Origin: Octopus bimaculoides
Taxonomy: Eukaryota
Direction: 5' to 3'
NCBI RefSeq assembly: GCF_001194135.2
Contig: NC_068987.1
Coordinates: 16,663,090 to 16,726,801, forward strand
DNA: 63,712 nt
Under the pieces are notes generated by a model. It had not been told where the DNA came from and made no database searches. It saw nothing but the letters and a program-made list of their open reading frames with translations. Position numbers and translations under genes: made by a program. Below, one piece after another: positions 38,792 to 52,795 of this stretch; the stretch's first letter is position 1; every line of letters starts with the position of its first letter.

Positions 38792-39562
38792 CAACTACAG
38801 CAATAATAACAACAATCGCCTTGTGTGAATAATGGTAAAGAATTTTTGAACTGAGATAATGTTTGCTCATAGGAATATCCAAATTTCGTACAGAAATCGT
38901 CACACACTCCTGTGGTTCATAGATTTCCCAAGAACTTCTGATGTTGATTAAGCTTACTCCTATATATATATATATNNNNNNNNNNNNNNNNNNNNNNNNN
39001 NNNNNNNNNNNNNNNNNNNNNNNNNNNNNNNNNNNNNNNNNNNNNNNNNNNNNNNNNNNNNNNNNNNNNNNNNNNNNNNNNNNNNNNNNNNNNNNNNNNN
39101 NNNNNNNNNNNNNNNNNNNNNNNNNNNNNNNNNNNNNNNNNNNNNNNNNNNNNNNNNNNNNNNNNNNNNNNNNNNNNNNNNNNNNNNNNNNNNNNNNNNN
39201 NNNNNNNNNNNNNNNNNNNNNNNNNNNNNNNNNNNNNNNNNNNNNNNNNNNNNNNNNNNNNNNNNNNNNNNNNNNNNNNNNNNNNNNNNNNNNNNNNNNN
39301 NNNNNNNNNNNNNNNNNNNNNNNNNNNNNNNNNNNNNNNNNNNNNNNNNNNNNNNNNNNNNNNNNNNNNNNNNNNNNNNNNNNNNNNNNNNNNNNNNNNN
39401 NNNNNNNNNNNNNNNNNNNNNNNNNNNNNNNNNNNNNNNNNNNNNNNNNNNNNNNNNNNNNNNNNNNNNNNNNNNNNNNNNNNNNNNNNNNNNNNNNNNN
39501 NNNNNNNNNNNNNNNNNNNNNNNNNNNNNNNNNNNNNNNNNNNNNNNNNNNNNNNNNNNNNN

Positions 39563-39605
<43 letters not shown>

Positions 39606-40380
39606 CAGATTTCTACATGCTAGAAAACAGTTGGAGATGATAGTAAAAAGTTATAACTCATTTTCAATTTCGGAACTAAAGTACGAAGTTCGTTCGTAAT
39701 CCTTTTCCAATTATAAGCAATCTTCGGTTGTTGGTCAAAGATAAGGCATCACTCCACTTTATAATAATTCGACGACACAGCATGATATTAGTTTTAACGT
39801 TACTTAGCAAATCCTCACCCGTTTCAATGTACTTTGTCGGTGAAAAACTTTTAAACGGTAGACATATAAAAGAATAAACGGTGTTAAATTATTCCAATCA
39901 AAAACTAGAAGTAAATTATGGTCTCAACCCAACAAAAGCAACATTTACCTTTAATTTATTGCACTAGCTTCCAATCGATAATGTCGACAAAAATTACTTT
40001 CTGCTGTGAAATATATTACTTATATGATAGTCTCAGGTTAATTTGTGTCTGGCCCCGAATTAATAATGTCAAGGTACTTCTGAATAGTAATGTTATATAG
40101 ATGAATGACAAGGGTGTTCATTTAAATATATTACGTTACCATAGATATTATTAATCTCATGTCTTCTTCCTTTTTTGCTCAATTAACTTCCAGAATATTC
40201 TCTTTCTTAAATGAAGTGTCCAATATTAAAGAAGCTCTTCTTTTATGAATTTCATTTTCGTCTTTGTAAAGCAATGTCAGAACAGTTAATTGGAATCTTA
40301 ATTGAAGGAATATTTATGTTTTAAAACTATTTGCTACTTGGATAAGTTCCACCACTTTAACAACTTTTGTGATCTAGAGT

Positions 40381-40796
40381 AAAGCCTCTTATAATACATC
40401 GTTACCATAGAAGAGCCTTGGTTAGAGGGACTGGAAAAAAGAGGATAACATTGGGATTAGATATAGATTTGCCGAGAGTGGTATAAAGACAGAATTCTAA
40501 GGCTAAATCAAGTTCCCTAGCCAGTGTGATCAAGAGAAAAACCTCTTAAAATACATTCTTATTACAGAAGAGCCTGGTTCAGTGGGACTGCAAAAATATA
40601 CGATAACATCGGGATAAGGCGTAGATTTTCGGAGAGTGGTATAAAAACAGAATCTGAAGGCTAAATCAAGTCCCCTAGTTATTAAATAAGAGCCTAAATT
40701 AGTGGAACTGAAAAAGTACGATAATGTTAGGATTAGATGTAAATTTGCGGAGAATCGTATAAAATCAGAATCTGAAGGCTAAATTAAGTTCCCTAG
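40381..40796 (+). repeat. Three diverged tandem copies of a ~110-bp core
   Basis: AAGAGCC..GGACTG..GATAA..GGAT..AGAGTGGTATAAA..CAGAAT..AAGGCTAAATCAAGT.CCCTAG at 40411-40520, 40568-40678 and 40688-40796. Confidence 0.85.
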
Positions 40797-42439
40797 TTAG
40801 TATCAACCCCTTTTAAAATAAATATAATTGTGAGTTAGAACTATACCACCAGGTAACTAGGTGCCATCTCCGACCAATAATCAAGGAATATTTAATGTAA
40901 TAGATGTGCGGGTATTCTGAAAATACCCCATGGAGTGATGATGACCGTGCCCTGTATAGTTACCGGTTGCCCTTTGGCAAGGTATAGCACCCGTTTAAAC
41001 ACCCTGTCTGAGATTCGGCAAATACATGGGACTGCAGCATGGTGGATTGAGAAGAGGTAGCGGAAGAGCTCCACTAAAACAACGGTGCTTCTTACTTTGA
41101 TGCTGAGCGGAGGAATCCTAAAGGATTAACGGTCAGGATGAAGAAACTCCATCAAGAGAGTAACTGCAACGCATCCATAGGGCCGGCGTCTACGGTTGTG
41201 TAATTAGCTAATGAAAAGATTCACTGACTCAAGTTCTCAATTCGAATTCATAATAATGAAATTGGATGGCGACAGAGAATCATGGGAATCTGCGAAAGCA
41301 GCGTGACCGAAGAAGTTTAATATCAAATATGGCGACAAATGTCTCTGTAATTTTGATTCCCCATCCAGAATATGGTAGAATTTCTCCGATCATTAACACA
41401 TATTCTGTATCATTCAAATGGTGTAAATATTCTTTTTCCAACTGTCTTCCAACAGCTAGGATAAGTTTGCCCAAAGAAAAGCCGCAAACATACAATCGCA
41501 AAGTCCCATTCATTTCTTATATAATTTAGTAGAGCTGTCTGTTTATGAAATTAATCCGTATTGCAGTACATTCGCCTAAGCTAAATTCCACAACCCAATA
41601 ATGATTATCTATGAAAGAAAGAAAGGAAAAATACTGGACTTCATTCATTGCTTTATGCATCTTCTTTCGTAATCATCGAGGTGTGTGTCAGAAGCAATTA
41701 TTACGTTATATAACAGAAGTGTATTAGAATACTAAAAATTTAACTTGTTTCCTATCAAACACGAACTTTTCCAGACACTTCTTCAAAGTGCGCCAACAAA
41801 AGAGTTTCTAAGCGGTTGATTATCCTGCTAGAAATAGTGACCAAGTTTCCTTTAAACCAAATTGCATCGTGTTAAAAAAGAAAAATAAAAGAAGCTGCAA
41901 CACTCTGAATGATATAGCTATAGTTATACAATGTTTGGTAAAGAAAATAAACAGCCAAGAGAGTCGCTTTTGATCATAAACCTAATCTGAGTTACATGAC
42001 AACAATAAATATTCTATCAAAAAAAAAAAGTGCTTATGAAGTCGTTTCAACTGCGCAAATAACAGTTAAATCACTTTTACAAAAGACGCAGCACATTTCA
42101 ATATAAAAAAAATGCAAAATAAAACATTCACGGCAAAACACCGCTGATCTTATGATTGGGCTGTGCTGAACAAAAGCAGCAACAAGAACAACAGGAATAA
42201 TCTTCTATCAAAGTAAAATTGCGACGGTTACTAACACCCTATCCAAATCTGAGAGTAAGTTACAAAATTGAACGATAGTAAATACAGTAGTAAACAGATC
42301 TCCATCAGTTTCCATGAAGCGTGCTCGGTTGATCGGTCACGCTAATTCAGTGACCAGGAATATGCTTACCTTTATTCCAGGCGGAATCTTTGTGAATCGG
42401 TGTGTGGCAAGGCCAACCCTTTGAATCTCTCGTAATATA

Positions 42440-42615
42440 TATATATATATATGCATAAATATCTGACAAGCTCCTGCATAGTTTCTCGCAAGTCAGTTTC
42501 ATTCACAAGGGCAGAATCGATCTGTAGTATTAGTAAGACATCGCAGATGCTACGAAGTGATATCTTACTTATGACCTCATAAGTAAGAACCGAGCTTCTT
42601 ACTGTTTGGTCAAGC
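42440..42615 (-). mobile_element. SINE family A, old 5' fragment
   Basis: ATTCACAAGG..GTAGTATTAGTAAGACA..CTTCTTACTG. Confidence 0.45.
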
Positions 42616-43914
42616 AATTTCCACAGATGGATGGTAGTGGTACAATATCAAGGTGAGTATCTTTTAGAACTCAGTGTTCTCTAAACAACAGAAGCGTCTT
42701 TGTGTGTGTATGTCATGAGAAACAGAGAAAGAGAGGGAGAAAGAGAGAGAAAGGGAGAGAAAGAGAAGGAGAGAGAGAAAGTGACTTGCGAGGGATTGAA
42801 CTCAGCACACATATCTAACGAAACTTTTGGCATTTTATATTATTGCTGCGTGTCAACGAAGGAGCTTGTACGTAGTCAAACGACCCGCCGAAAATAGTAA
42901 TATATCGCAGAACTCAAACTGAAGCATTTTAAAATAGGAAAAACAAACGAGATAATATTGTCCTGGAAGCCTTAATGAAAAATATAAAAATATAAACAGC
43001 TGGATGCTCACGGCCGGAACGGCTTTTATCATAGTTTGGTTGGATCTTGAAATTTCCCTGAATTGCTGTCTTTGGTTAAGCTAACTCTTTTCTTATACAT
43101 AGCAAGAATGAATCCTCTCCTGAATCATATGTTATATGCGAATGTAAGCCATGAACCTCCTTGTGATCTTTTGATCTGAGAGTAATAGCACCCAAATCTC
43201 ACTCAAATAACACCCTAACTTATTTTTATTTTACTTTTCAATAACAAAAAGCGATTATAAAATGACAACCCGAATGCTCAAACTTCAGAATGGTTATAAC
43301 TAGAATACCTTAGATAAGCTAACCTAATGGTTAAACAATAGCAACAACACAAAGAATAACGGCAACTACGTTGTGTTGCTTTTATCATTGCTGAAAATAC
43401 GTTAAATGATAAAGTCGTCTGTTAATAATATATAGCAAGGCTGGCTGCACCATTTAATAGTTCATTGTCTTAGCTATCAACAGTATACAGCTACTACGAA
43501 GTGGGAATCCTTCAATCGGCCGTTCGAAGACGCTATCTTTTCAGCCATCTGTGTATCTTATTGACCTAACTCTGAAAGTTAAATTGAAAAGCCTTTATCA
43601 TACGAAAGCAGTTAGGTGACTTTCTCAATGGAATGTTGAGTGACCGGAATTAACAACTTAAAGTAACTGTTTCCTTCCAATACCGCATTTTGGATTCGTG
43701 GCCTAAAATGATGTTTCATATCACATATTTCAGCCTTCATATGTTCATATCATTTTTGAGAAAAAAAAAATTGAGTTAATGAATGCATGGTATGCCCGCA
43801 TGCAAACATACATATATACATAGATACATATAGTCATCGGGCACACATATAGTGATCTTAGGCTGGTAAGTCCAAAGGGAACATCGCTCTTACGGGTAAA
43901 ATTATTATTGCTTC

Positions 43915-43956
<42 letters not shown>

Positions 43957-45016
43957 TAAAAGAGTTCCAACTCTGTCTGTTTTTGTTTTATTTATATTCT
44001 TATAAAATTAATGTGGGATATAGAATATGGAATATATAATATAAATAGTAAAATGAAATGAAGCATTGAATATATGAAATATTGAGTACTAAATATAGAG
44101 AATTAAATATATAAAGGCTAGAATACTTTCATGCCTATTGGCATTCATCAAGGCCCCGTCTATATATATATATANNNNNNNNNNNNNNNAAAAACATTCA
44201 GCTCTTGGCATCTGGAATTCAGGGTTCAAAAGATATGTGCTAATGTGTCAGACCTAATCCGTTGCGTAGCCGAACACCACTAACAAGCATCTGGGTCCCT
44301 GCAGCAGAGTCCATTCGGCAGCAAGTTATGCAACCAGACCCTCACCCTAGGTATAACTTTCCCTCTCACTTCCTTTCTCTCTCTTCTTTCTTCTTTTCCT
44401 TCCTCTTTATCCTTTTTCTTCCTCTCTCTACTCCCCCTTTTTTCACCTCTCTCTCCTCAACAGTCTCAGAGGCATGGAAAAGTGTCATAGCTATTGTTTT
44501 CTTCACTGACTAAGTCAGTCTCTCTTTATCTCTCGCTTTCTCTGCCTGTCTCTCTCTCTCTCCATCCCTCTCTCTGTCTCTCTCGCTCACACACACACAA
44601 ATGCAATTATTACGATGACAATAGGCATTCAATTTTAATGTTGAAATTAAAATATAAATCAAAATAGGCAAGGAAAATAATTAAATCCTTTGTCAGCATG
44701 AGCGCAAATCGTATCGACGATTTTCGCATTTTCATTGTGAGAGACCATGAAAAATCAAATTTGAGATAAAACTGAATATTGATAACGTATCAATATCTAA
44801 AAGACATCGCGGTATAGAGCCGCAGATGTGATATATGTTATTAATCGAACACAAATCAACCACAGGTGAAATTCAGCTATTATTGTCGTTGTATCGATCA
44901 CCAGAATGAAGCAAGTAATCCTTGTTTATTTGAAAGGAAATTTTACGAAATTATTGTAAGGATATAAATATACATTAAACTATAGAAAACGAAAATATCT
45001 GAAAAGAAACAACTAA

Positions 45017-45028
45017 GAGAGAGAGAGA

Positions 45029-45122
<94 letters not shown>

Positions 45123-45150
45123 GAAAGAGAGGGAGAGAGAGAGAGAGAGA
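45017..45150. repeat. (AG)n microsatellite
   Basis: Directly visible. Confidence 0.95.
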
Positions 45151-45604
45151 AAATATATATTTCTACTGTTGTGAATATAAATGGAACTGATATTACAGTA
45201 AGCATTCGCAATAAATTTGAAATCTGAGAAAAATTTTATTACGAAAGTCTGTATGTATGTGCGTGTGTTCGCACGATTTTCTTTTTTATGTATGTATTTA
45301 TGTATGTATGTATGTATGTATGTATGTATGTATGTATGTATGTATGTATGTATGCATGTATGTATTATGTATTTCGGAAATGTACATGTCTGGCAGGTGA
45401 ATAGAAAGAAGTCAGAGCGTGTTGAAACGAAACCAATTGCAGTATGGAAGACATATTTGAGCCATTCAAGAACATATAAAAACTGTTAATTTCGGTCAAT
45501 CATTTATTTTCAGTCAAAATTTTCATTGCGCTGTCTGCGACCTGTCCACTGACACTGTTCCATTGTATGTATGTATGTATGTATGTATGTATTATGTATA
45601 GTCT

Positions 45605-45791
45605 CTCTTTTACTTGTTTCCGTCATTTGACTGAGGCCATACTGGAGCACCGCCTTCTAGTCGAACAAATCGTCCCCAGGACTAATTCTTTGTAAGCCTA
45701 GTACTTATTCTATCGGTCTATTTTGCCAAAACGCTAAGTTACAGGAACTTAAACACACCAACATCGATTGTCAAGCGATGGTGGTGAACAA

Positions 45792-45855
<64 letters not shown>

Positions 45856-45935
45856 GACAGGCTTCTTTCAGTTTCCGTCTACCAAATCCACTTACAAGGA
45901 TTTTGTCAGCCCGAGGCTATAGTAGAAGACACTGC
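45605..45935 (-). mobile_element. SINE family A, 5' end in gap
   Basis: 3' tail, body and internal (CA)n are present. Confidence 0.88.
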
Positions 45936-46848
45936 NNNNNNNNNNNNNNNNNNNNNNNNNNNNNNNNNNNNNNNNNNNNNNNNNNNNNNNNNNNNNNNNN
46001 NNNNNNNNNNNNNNNNNNNNNNNNNNNNNNNNNNNNNNNNNNNNNNNNNNNNNNNNNNNNNNNNNNNNNNNNNNNNNNNNNNNNNNNNNNNNNNNNNNNN
46101 NNNNNNNNNNNNNNNNNNNNNNNNNNNNNNNNNNNNNNNNNNNNNNNNNNNNNNNNNNNNNNNNNNNNNNNNNNNNNNNNNNNNNNNNNNNNNNNNNNNN
46201 NNNNNNNNNNNNNNNNNNNNNNNNNNNNNNNNNNNNNNNNNNNNNNNNNNNNNNNNNNNNNNNNNNNNNNNNNNNNNNNNNNNNNNNNNNNNNNNNNNNN
46301 NNNNNNNNNNNNNNNNNNNNNNNNNNNNNNNNNNNNNNNNNNNNNNNNNNNNNNNNNNNNNNNNNNNNNNNNNNNNNNNNNNNNNNNNNNNNNNNNNNNN
46401 NNNNNNNNNNNNNNNNNNNNNNNNNNNNNNNNNNNNNNNNNNNNNNNNNNNNNNNNNNNNNNNNNNNNNNNNNNNNNNNNNNNNNNNNNNNNNNNNNNNN
46501 NNNNNNNNNNNNNNNNNNNNNNNNNNNNNNNNNNNNNNNNNNNNNNNNNNNNNNNNNNNNNNNNNNNNNNNNNNNNNNNNNNNNNNNNNNNNNNNNNNNN
46601 NNNNNNNNNNNNNNNNNNNNNNNNNNNNNNNNNNNNNNNNNNNNNNNNNNNNNNNNNNNNNNNNNNNNNNNNNNNNNNNNNNNNNNNNNNNNNNNNNNNN
46701 NNNNNNNNNNNNNNNNNNNNNNNNNNNNNNNNNNNNNNNNNNNNNNNNNNNNNNNNNNNNNNNNNNNNNNNNNNNNNNNNNNNNNNNNNNNNNNNNNNNN
46801 NNNNNNNNNNNNNAAGTAGAAAGCATTTTTAATTAAAAAGAAAACCAC

Positions 46849-46880
<32 letters not shown>

Positions 46881-47101
46881 CAAGAGTAACACCAGCAACA
46901 ATAACAAAAATATCACTAGCGATCAAGAAGAAACAACAGAAGCACCAACAACAAGTCACGAAGAGAAACACTTTGAGAGGAAGTACTTAAATCTGTGTGT
47001 GGGGTAAGAAAAATAGACGTGAAGCCTAACAGGAACTAGCGAAGTTATTTATAGAATAACCTCCATTCATATCGCAAAAATATATGTATGTGTGTTTGTG
47101 A

Positions 47102-47132
<31 letters not shown>

Positions 47133-47157
47133 TGTGTGTGTATCTGTGTGTGTGCGT

Positions 47158-47268
<111 letters not shown>

Positions 47269-47551
47269 CTATATCGTCACTAGTTGTGAATGAGGGTGTC
47301 GAAAAACCTATATTACAAGAAATAAGAATTACAAAATTTAATGCTGAAATATATATACACTGACAGGGGAGATAACCGTCCCGTATTGCGCCTAGCTTAT
47401 GCTACTGTCGTCAGCATTACAGTAAATTCTTTCCATTTTTCTGAACGTTAAACTAATCATTTTGATCCTGAACAAATACCCATTATCCATAGCGTATTGT
47501 TGATTGCTTTTGTTCTTTCGCTCTTTCTCATCTCTCTCTCTCCTTCCCTCC

Positions 47552-47611
<60 letters not shown>

Positions 47612-47688
47612 TTTTTCAATTCATCATTTATGTAAAAACCCATTATTGCTTGCATACCCACACAGTCACACTCATATATATGCATGGG

Positions 47689-47731
<43 letters not shown>

Positions 47732-47734
<3 letters not shown>

Positions 47735-48151
47735 AAACATAATTAAGGGATCAGAAAATAGTTGCTTCACCACATACCGAAGTTCAGAAATAACAGCTAA
47801 AAAACTGAGACTCCAACAGATAGCATTACTTGTAACTCACAAAGGCAAAACAAGAAGAAAAACAATGAAAACTAACTAGTCGAAGTTAATCATAAACGCG
47901 TTTCTGGATTAGGAGCGATAACACTCCATTTCCTTCATCGGTACGATATTCTAGTTGTAAATTCGACGGTGCTAGCAAACTGTGCATGCATGATTAACTT
48001 CGACTGGATAGTTTTCATTGTTTTTCTTCTTGTTTTGCCTTTGTGAGTTACAAGTAATGCTATCTGTTGGAGTCTCAGCTTTTTAGCTGCTATTTCTGAA
48101 CTTCGGTATGTGGTGAAGCAACTATTTGCTGATCCCTTAATTATGTTTATA
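47732..48151. mobile_element. Foldback element with ~162-bp near-perfect inverted arms; probable Penelope-like pLTR plus inverted partial copy
   Basis: 47732-47893 is the reverse complement of 47990-48151 with few mismatches. The 96-bp spacer holds most of a hammerhead-like motif. Confidence 0.65.
47889..47947 (-). ncRNA. Hammerhead ribozyme-like motif, variant core
   Basis: Minus strand reads ATCGTA-CCGATGA-A-GGA AAT GGAG tgttatcg CTCC TAA TCC-A-GAAA-CGCG-TT-TATGAT. Stem I is 6 bp, stem II has an internal loop, and stem III is the palindrome AACGCGTT. It deviates by U4->C and an extra A before GAAA. Confidence 0.6.
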
Positions 48152-49288
48152 AATGTATAAGAACTTTTAAATAAGTTCTCCACCGATCATGGTGTTTACA
48201 TACCGAAGGGCTTGGTAAAATTATTAATTGTTAATTTATTAATAAATTGATAAACCTTTACTCTTTTAATTGTATATATCTATATATGTATGTATGTATG
48301 TATGTATAAATATATAATTTAGAGAAAAGAACCAAAGTTTATATACATATATATGCATGCACACTAGTACATTCACACATACGCACACACAAGTACACGC
48401 ACACAGGCACACACAGAGACACATACACCTACGCACGCGCGGGTGTGTGTTTCTGGTTGTTCGCATGCAAGAGCGCGTATGTATGTGCCTTTGCACTAAC
48501 AATGAAATATATATTTATTCAGATGTGATTCTCCCGTCAAATTAAGTAGTTATATTTTCTTCATAATTGTAGTAATTAAAATTTCCTTAATTGCTCCGAA
48601 ATCTATTTTCGTCATTCCATACCACACGCCACTTAACTGTTTAATGTGTATTTCGTTTTAAAGGAAATAATTCTAAGAATGGTACGGAAGTTGGGTAAAT
48701 TGTTGTTTATGAATGATTAAAAGGAAAAAGATTACAAGCAACAACATACAGTTCTTCAAATTTAGTCATTGAATATAGCGAAAGACCGGGCTATATTATG
48801 TTACTGTAATCTGTATATATGTATATATGTAGTTGAGTATGTATGCGTGTAGACAAAGAAAATTCTTTAACACATCTTTAATTATAAGTTACAATTGTTT
48901 CTGTACAACCTCTATTTGCAACGCCAGTTTACTCAAAATTCAAAAAAGATTCGCGTAATGTTTGTGATTTTAAGCACTAGAGAGGCACTTCCTCAGATTG
49001 GCTTCAAAGGTGTATTATCACATTGTGCGTCCTTTTGGCCCCTTGTTGATGTAGCAACTACATGTATCAAACAAATATGAGCTGAGGGAAATGACAGTGA
49101 TATGTGAAATGAATTTGGATAAGAAACATTTGGACAATAAAGGTATATAAAATACCATACAAAATAAATTCTTGATTTACTGAAATTATTAATTTATATT
49201 TGCAGCCGATTCCAAATGAGGAGAGGATGAAACGTATACATACATACATGCACACATGCATGCATACACACATACATACATACATACA

Positions 49289-49322
<34 letters not shown>

Positions 49323-49565
49323 CATACATACATACATACATACATGCACGTATACATATATGTGTATGAATTGTTGAACTCAGGCAATTTGATTTTTGGA
49401 GTAATAGCGCTGGATTGCTTCGAGCACCGCTGTTTGTTAGCTATGTGGCTGCTATGTATAGAGAACAGTAGCCCAGACGTCAGAGAACAAACGTTTTCCA
49501 GAAGGTTCTTTTCATTTCTGTCTGAAATAGGTTGGGTATTCTCAGATTCGAACCCATTAGTTGCA

Positions 49566-49644
<79 letters not shown>

Positions 49645-50065
49645 TGTGGCATTTGCATGGAAAACGATATGAATAAATACTTTGTCGCGGATTCATAGTA
49701 TATACAGAATAATTTAAATGCCAGAGTAAATTTCCACCAATAGTTAAATATATTTACCGTAATAAACAACAGTGTTCTATCTAATAATACGTTGATATTG
49801 TTCAAAGTCTTGTAGAATTCGTATACAATTTCCTACTTAGTGCTCCTGCACAATCATGAGGTTAAATATCCATTCAGTTTGTTCCGCTAGCAATTTGAAG
49901 AAGCATACTTGCAACTGACCTTTTGCGCTTTATACGTAATCAAATGTTTATATTTACATAGATATCTATGTGCATGTTTACTTTGTGGTAGCACACTACA
50001 ATTTCTCAGGCATTGTACGTACGTATGCATGTATGTATGTATGTATGTATGTATCTACGTATAAG

Positions 50066-50096
<31 letters not shown>

Positions 50097-50120
50097 TCAT
50101 ATACATACATATATATATGC

Positions 50121-50184
<64 letters not shown>

Positions 50185-50354
50185 ATATTAAGACTATCAA
50201 ACATTGACTGAGGTTCTTAATACACTTAAGCAAAGTGTGTAAATTTACTTATACAAGATAAATACTTATAGTGACTTCGAACTTTCGCCAATTGTTTGAA
50301 TTGATTAGCATATACGGTTTTATTCTATCTTGCGGCATAATTATGTACATTAGA

Positions 50355-50760
50355 TTAATAGGCTTGGTTGTGTGAATAAGAAGCTTGCTCAGTAGCCGTT
50401 TGGTTTTAGATTCAGTTCCACTCCGTGATATCTCGATCAAGTGTCATCTACTATGACGAACGAATTCCTTGAGAGTGAATTTAGTAGACGGAAACTGTGT
50501 GGAAGCCCTCATGCATATGTGTGTATGTATATATGTGTGTGTGTGTTTATCTTTGTAATTGTCCTTCACCACAATTTGTCAACTGGTGTTGGTTATTTAC
50601 GTCCGTAACAGCGGCTAGGCATAAAAAAAAAGAAGATCGATAGAATAAGTCCCTATCGTTAAAAAAAAAAGTACTTGGGTCGATTCGTTTTCAACTAAAT
50701 TCGTCAAGGGGTACCCCAGATGATCGCAATCCAGTAATTGAAGCCAAAGCGCTAAATGAT
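50355..50760 (+). mobile_element. SINE family A, diverged
   Basis: Decayed collinear copy (GAATTTAGTAGACGGAAACTG..GTTATTTACGTCCGTAAC). Confidence 0.65.
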
Positions 50761-51647
50761 ATAATTTTAATATTCCTTAATTAACTCTTCAGATAATTAT
50801 CAAAATTGATTAGATATTGCAGGAGCATCTCTTCCATATTCCTGCATTCACAATTTTCTCTTGTTCTTTCGCTTTATGTCCGCTTTGATCGAGCACACCC
50901 ATCAATGGTGTTCCAGCCGTGACCATTGTCTCTTATCTGGTATCAGCCGTGACTACCCCGTCTTTTCAGATATCAGATGCTCCAAACGTGACTACCTCGT
51001 ATATTATTTGCGCCAGTCAATAGCTATTGCCCAATATAGCCTTTTTCAAATAAGATGGCAGCGTATGATTTGAAGCAAAGTTGGCTGCCATTTTTACTTT
51101 GTAGAACAACCACATAGAACCCAACCTCCTTCGCGCTTCTCAATTCTTTTCGCTATATTCTGTTTGCCTATATCGTTAATAGCATCACGAAGTATATTAA
51201 AATCTTCACGGTTTAATATGATTGTCGCGATTCTATGAAACTCACATAGTGTGAAGCAAAAACATAATAAAGCATTTGATTGATAATATACATAATATAA
51301 ACTTTGAAAAATCTAATATGCATTCCTTTTAACATATGAATTGTATGAAAGTTCAATTTTCCATTGTGTATTTTAAGATGCAAGAATGAGAAGGAATAAA
51401 AATTCATTTTGTGTTTAGCGTATAATAATGTACTTTGTTGAAAGTTTTAAAAACACGTTGTTTCCAATACTATATTAAATGTAAAATAGCGGTCATCGAT
51501 AAAAAATAAAATGAAGTGAAACTATTAATTCTAATATAAAGTGTTAAGCGTATAATAAAATGTAGTTGTTCAGCATATGAAGATTATTTTATGTCTAAAA
51601 AGATTCTGGACTAATTTTTATTAGAATTTCCATTGTTTGCTTCCTAG

Positions 51648-52130
51648 AGACATGGGCATAACTGCAGTTTAAGAAGATCTCTTAGCAACTATGTGACTTG
51701 AGTTCAGTCTCACCACACAGCATCTAGAAAAAAGTGACTTTTACTAATGGCCCCGCGCTGCCCAATGCTTTGTGCGTGAATTTTGTAAATGGAAATTGTG
51801 CGGAAGCCCATTTTGGGCGTCTGCGTTAGCGTGTGTGTATTTATATATGTGAAATATATATTATATATACATAATCATACACTACAGACACATACACACA
51901 TGCGCATATACACACGCATGCACTCACACACACACACATACTTGTGTGTAGGCTTTTTACGTTTGATAATCGAATTTAACTTGTTTACGTCTCCGTAACG
52001 TAGCGACTCGGCAAAAATGATATGATAGAATAAATAGGTTTAAGACAAGTAGCCGGATCGAGTTGGCCGACTAAGCATTTGAAGTTAGTTCTTTAGTACA
52101 GCTGCAGTCCCCTGACTGAAAGAAATGAAA
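51648..52130 (+). mobile_element. SINE family A, diverged
   Basis: Decayed head, GGAAATTGTGCGGAAGCCC, microsatellite, GTTTACGTCTCCGTAACGTAGCG. Confidence 0.55.
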
Positions 52131-52560
52131 GAAAGAATAACAATATTCCCACAACGGCGAAACTGTTATAAGCTAATTTTGTGTTGTATTTAGTTTGCAA
52201 GATTCTTGATGTGAACTCGAGTGTTGAAACAGTCGTTGTTGTACCTCAGGAGAGTCATTATGCCAATAATAAACACACGTTCCACTTCACTTCTCTATTT
52301 TTCGTTAATTTGTTTAACCAATTAATTTGTTTAACCAATTAACTAATCGATTTTTTGATTAATCATTTACCTAATCAGTCAATCAGTGCTCTTTGTCAAA
52401 ATCCTTTCGTCGATATTCGTGACCTCTTCAATGACGTGTCGTTTCTACTCCAGTTCAGCGTCAGATCTGTCTCAGCTAAGCGTTCGTTATATGTAAAGAA
52501 ATACGAAACTGGGAGGTCACTTTATGGCAATCAGCTACGGTCCGTGTCATAATAATAAGG

Positions 52561-52778
52561 ATAATGGTTTCAAATTTTGCCACAAGGGCAGCAATTTTGA
52601 GAGAGGGGATGAGTTGATTACATCGACTCCAGTGTTTAACTGGTACTTATTTTATCAACCCCAAAAGGATGGAAGGTAAAGTCAACCTCGGTGGAATTTG
52701 TACTCAGAACGGACCAACGGGCAAAATACCGCTAAGCATTTCGTTCAGCGCACTAACGATTCTGCCAGCTCACCGCCC
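52561..52778 (-). mobile_element. SINE family B
   Basis: Full reverse-complement copy ending CTGCCAGCTCACCGCC. Confidence 0.88.
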
Positions 52779-52795
52779 TAATAATAATGATAATA

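Noticed and set aside
52400-52550. Possible small exon on either strand
   Set aside because: Weak splice sites, an in-frame stop on the minus strand and no recognisable peptide.
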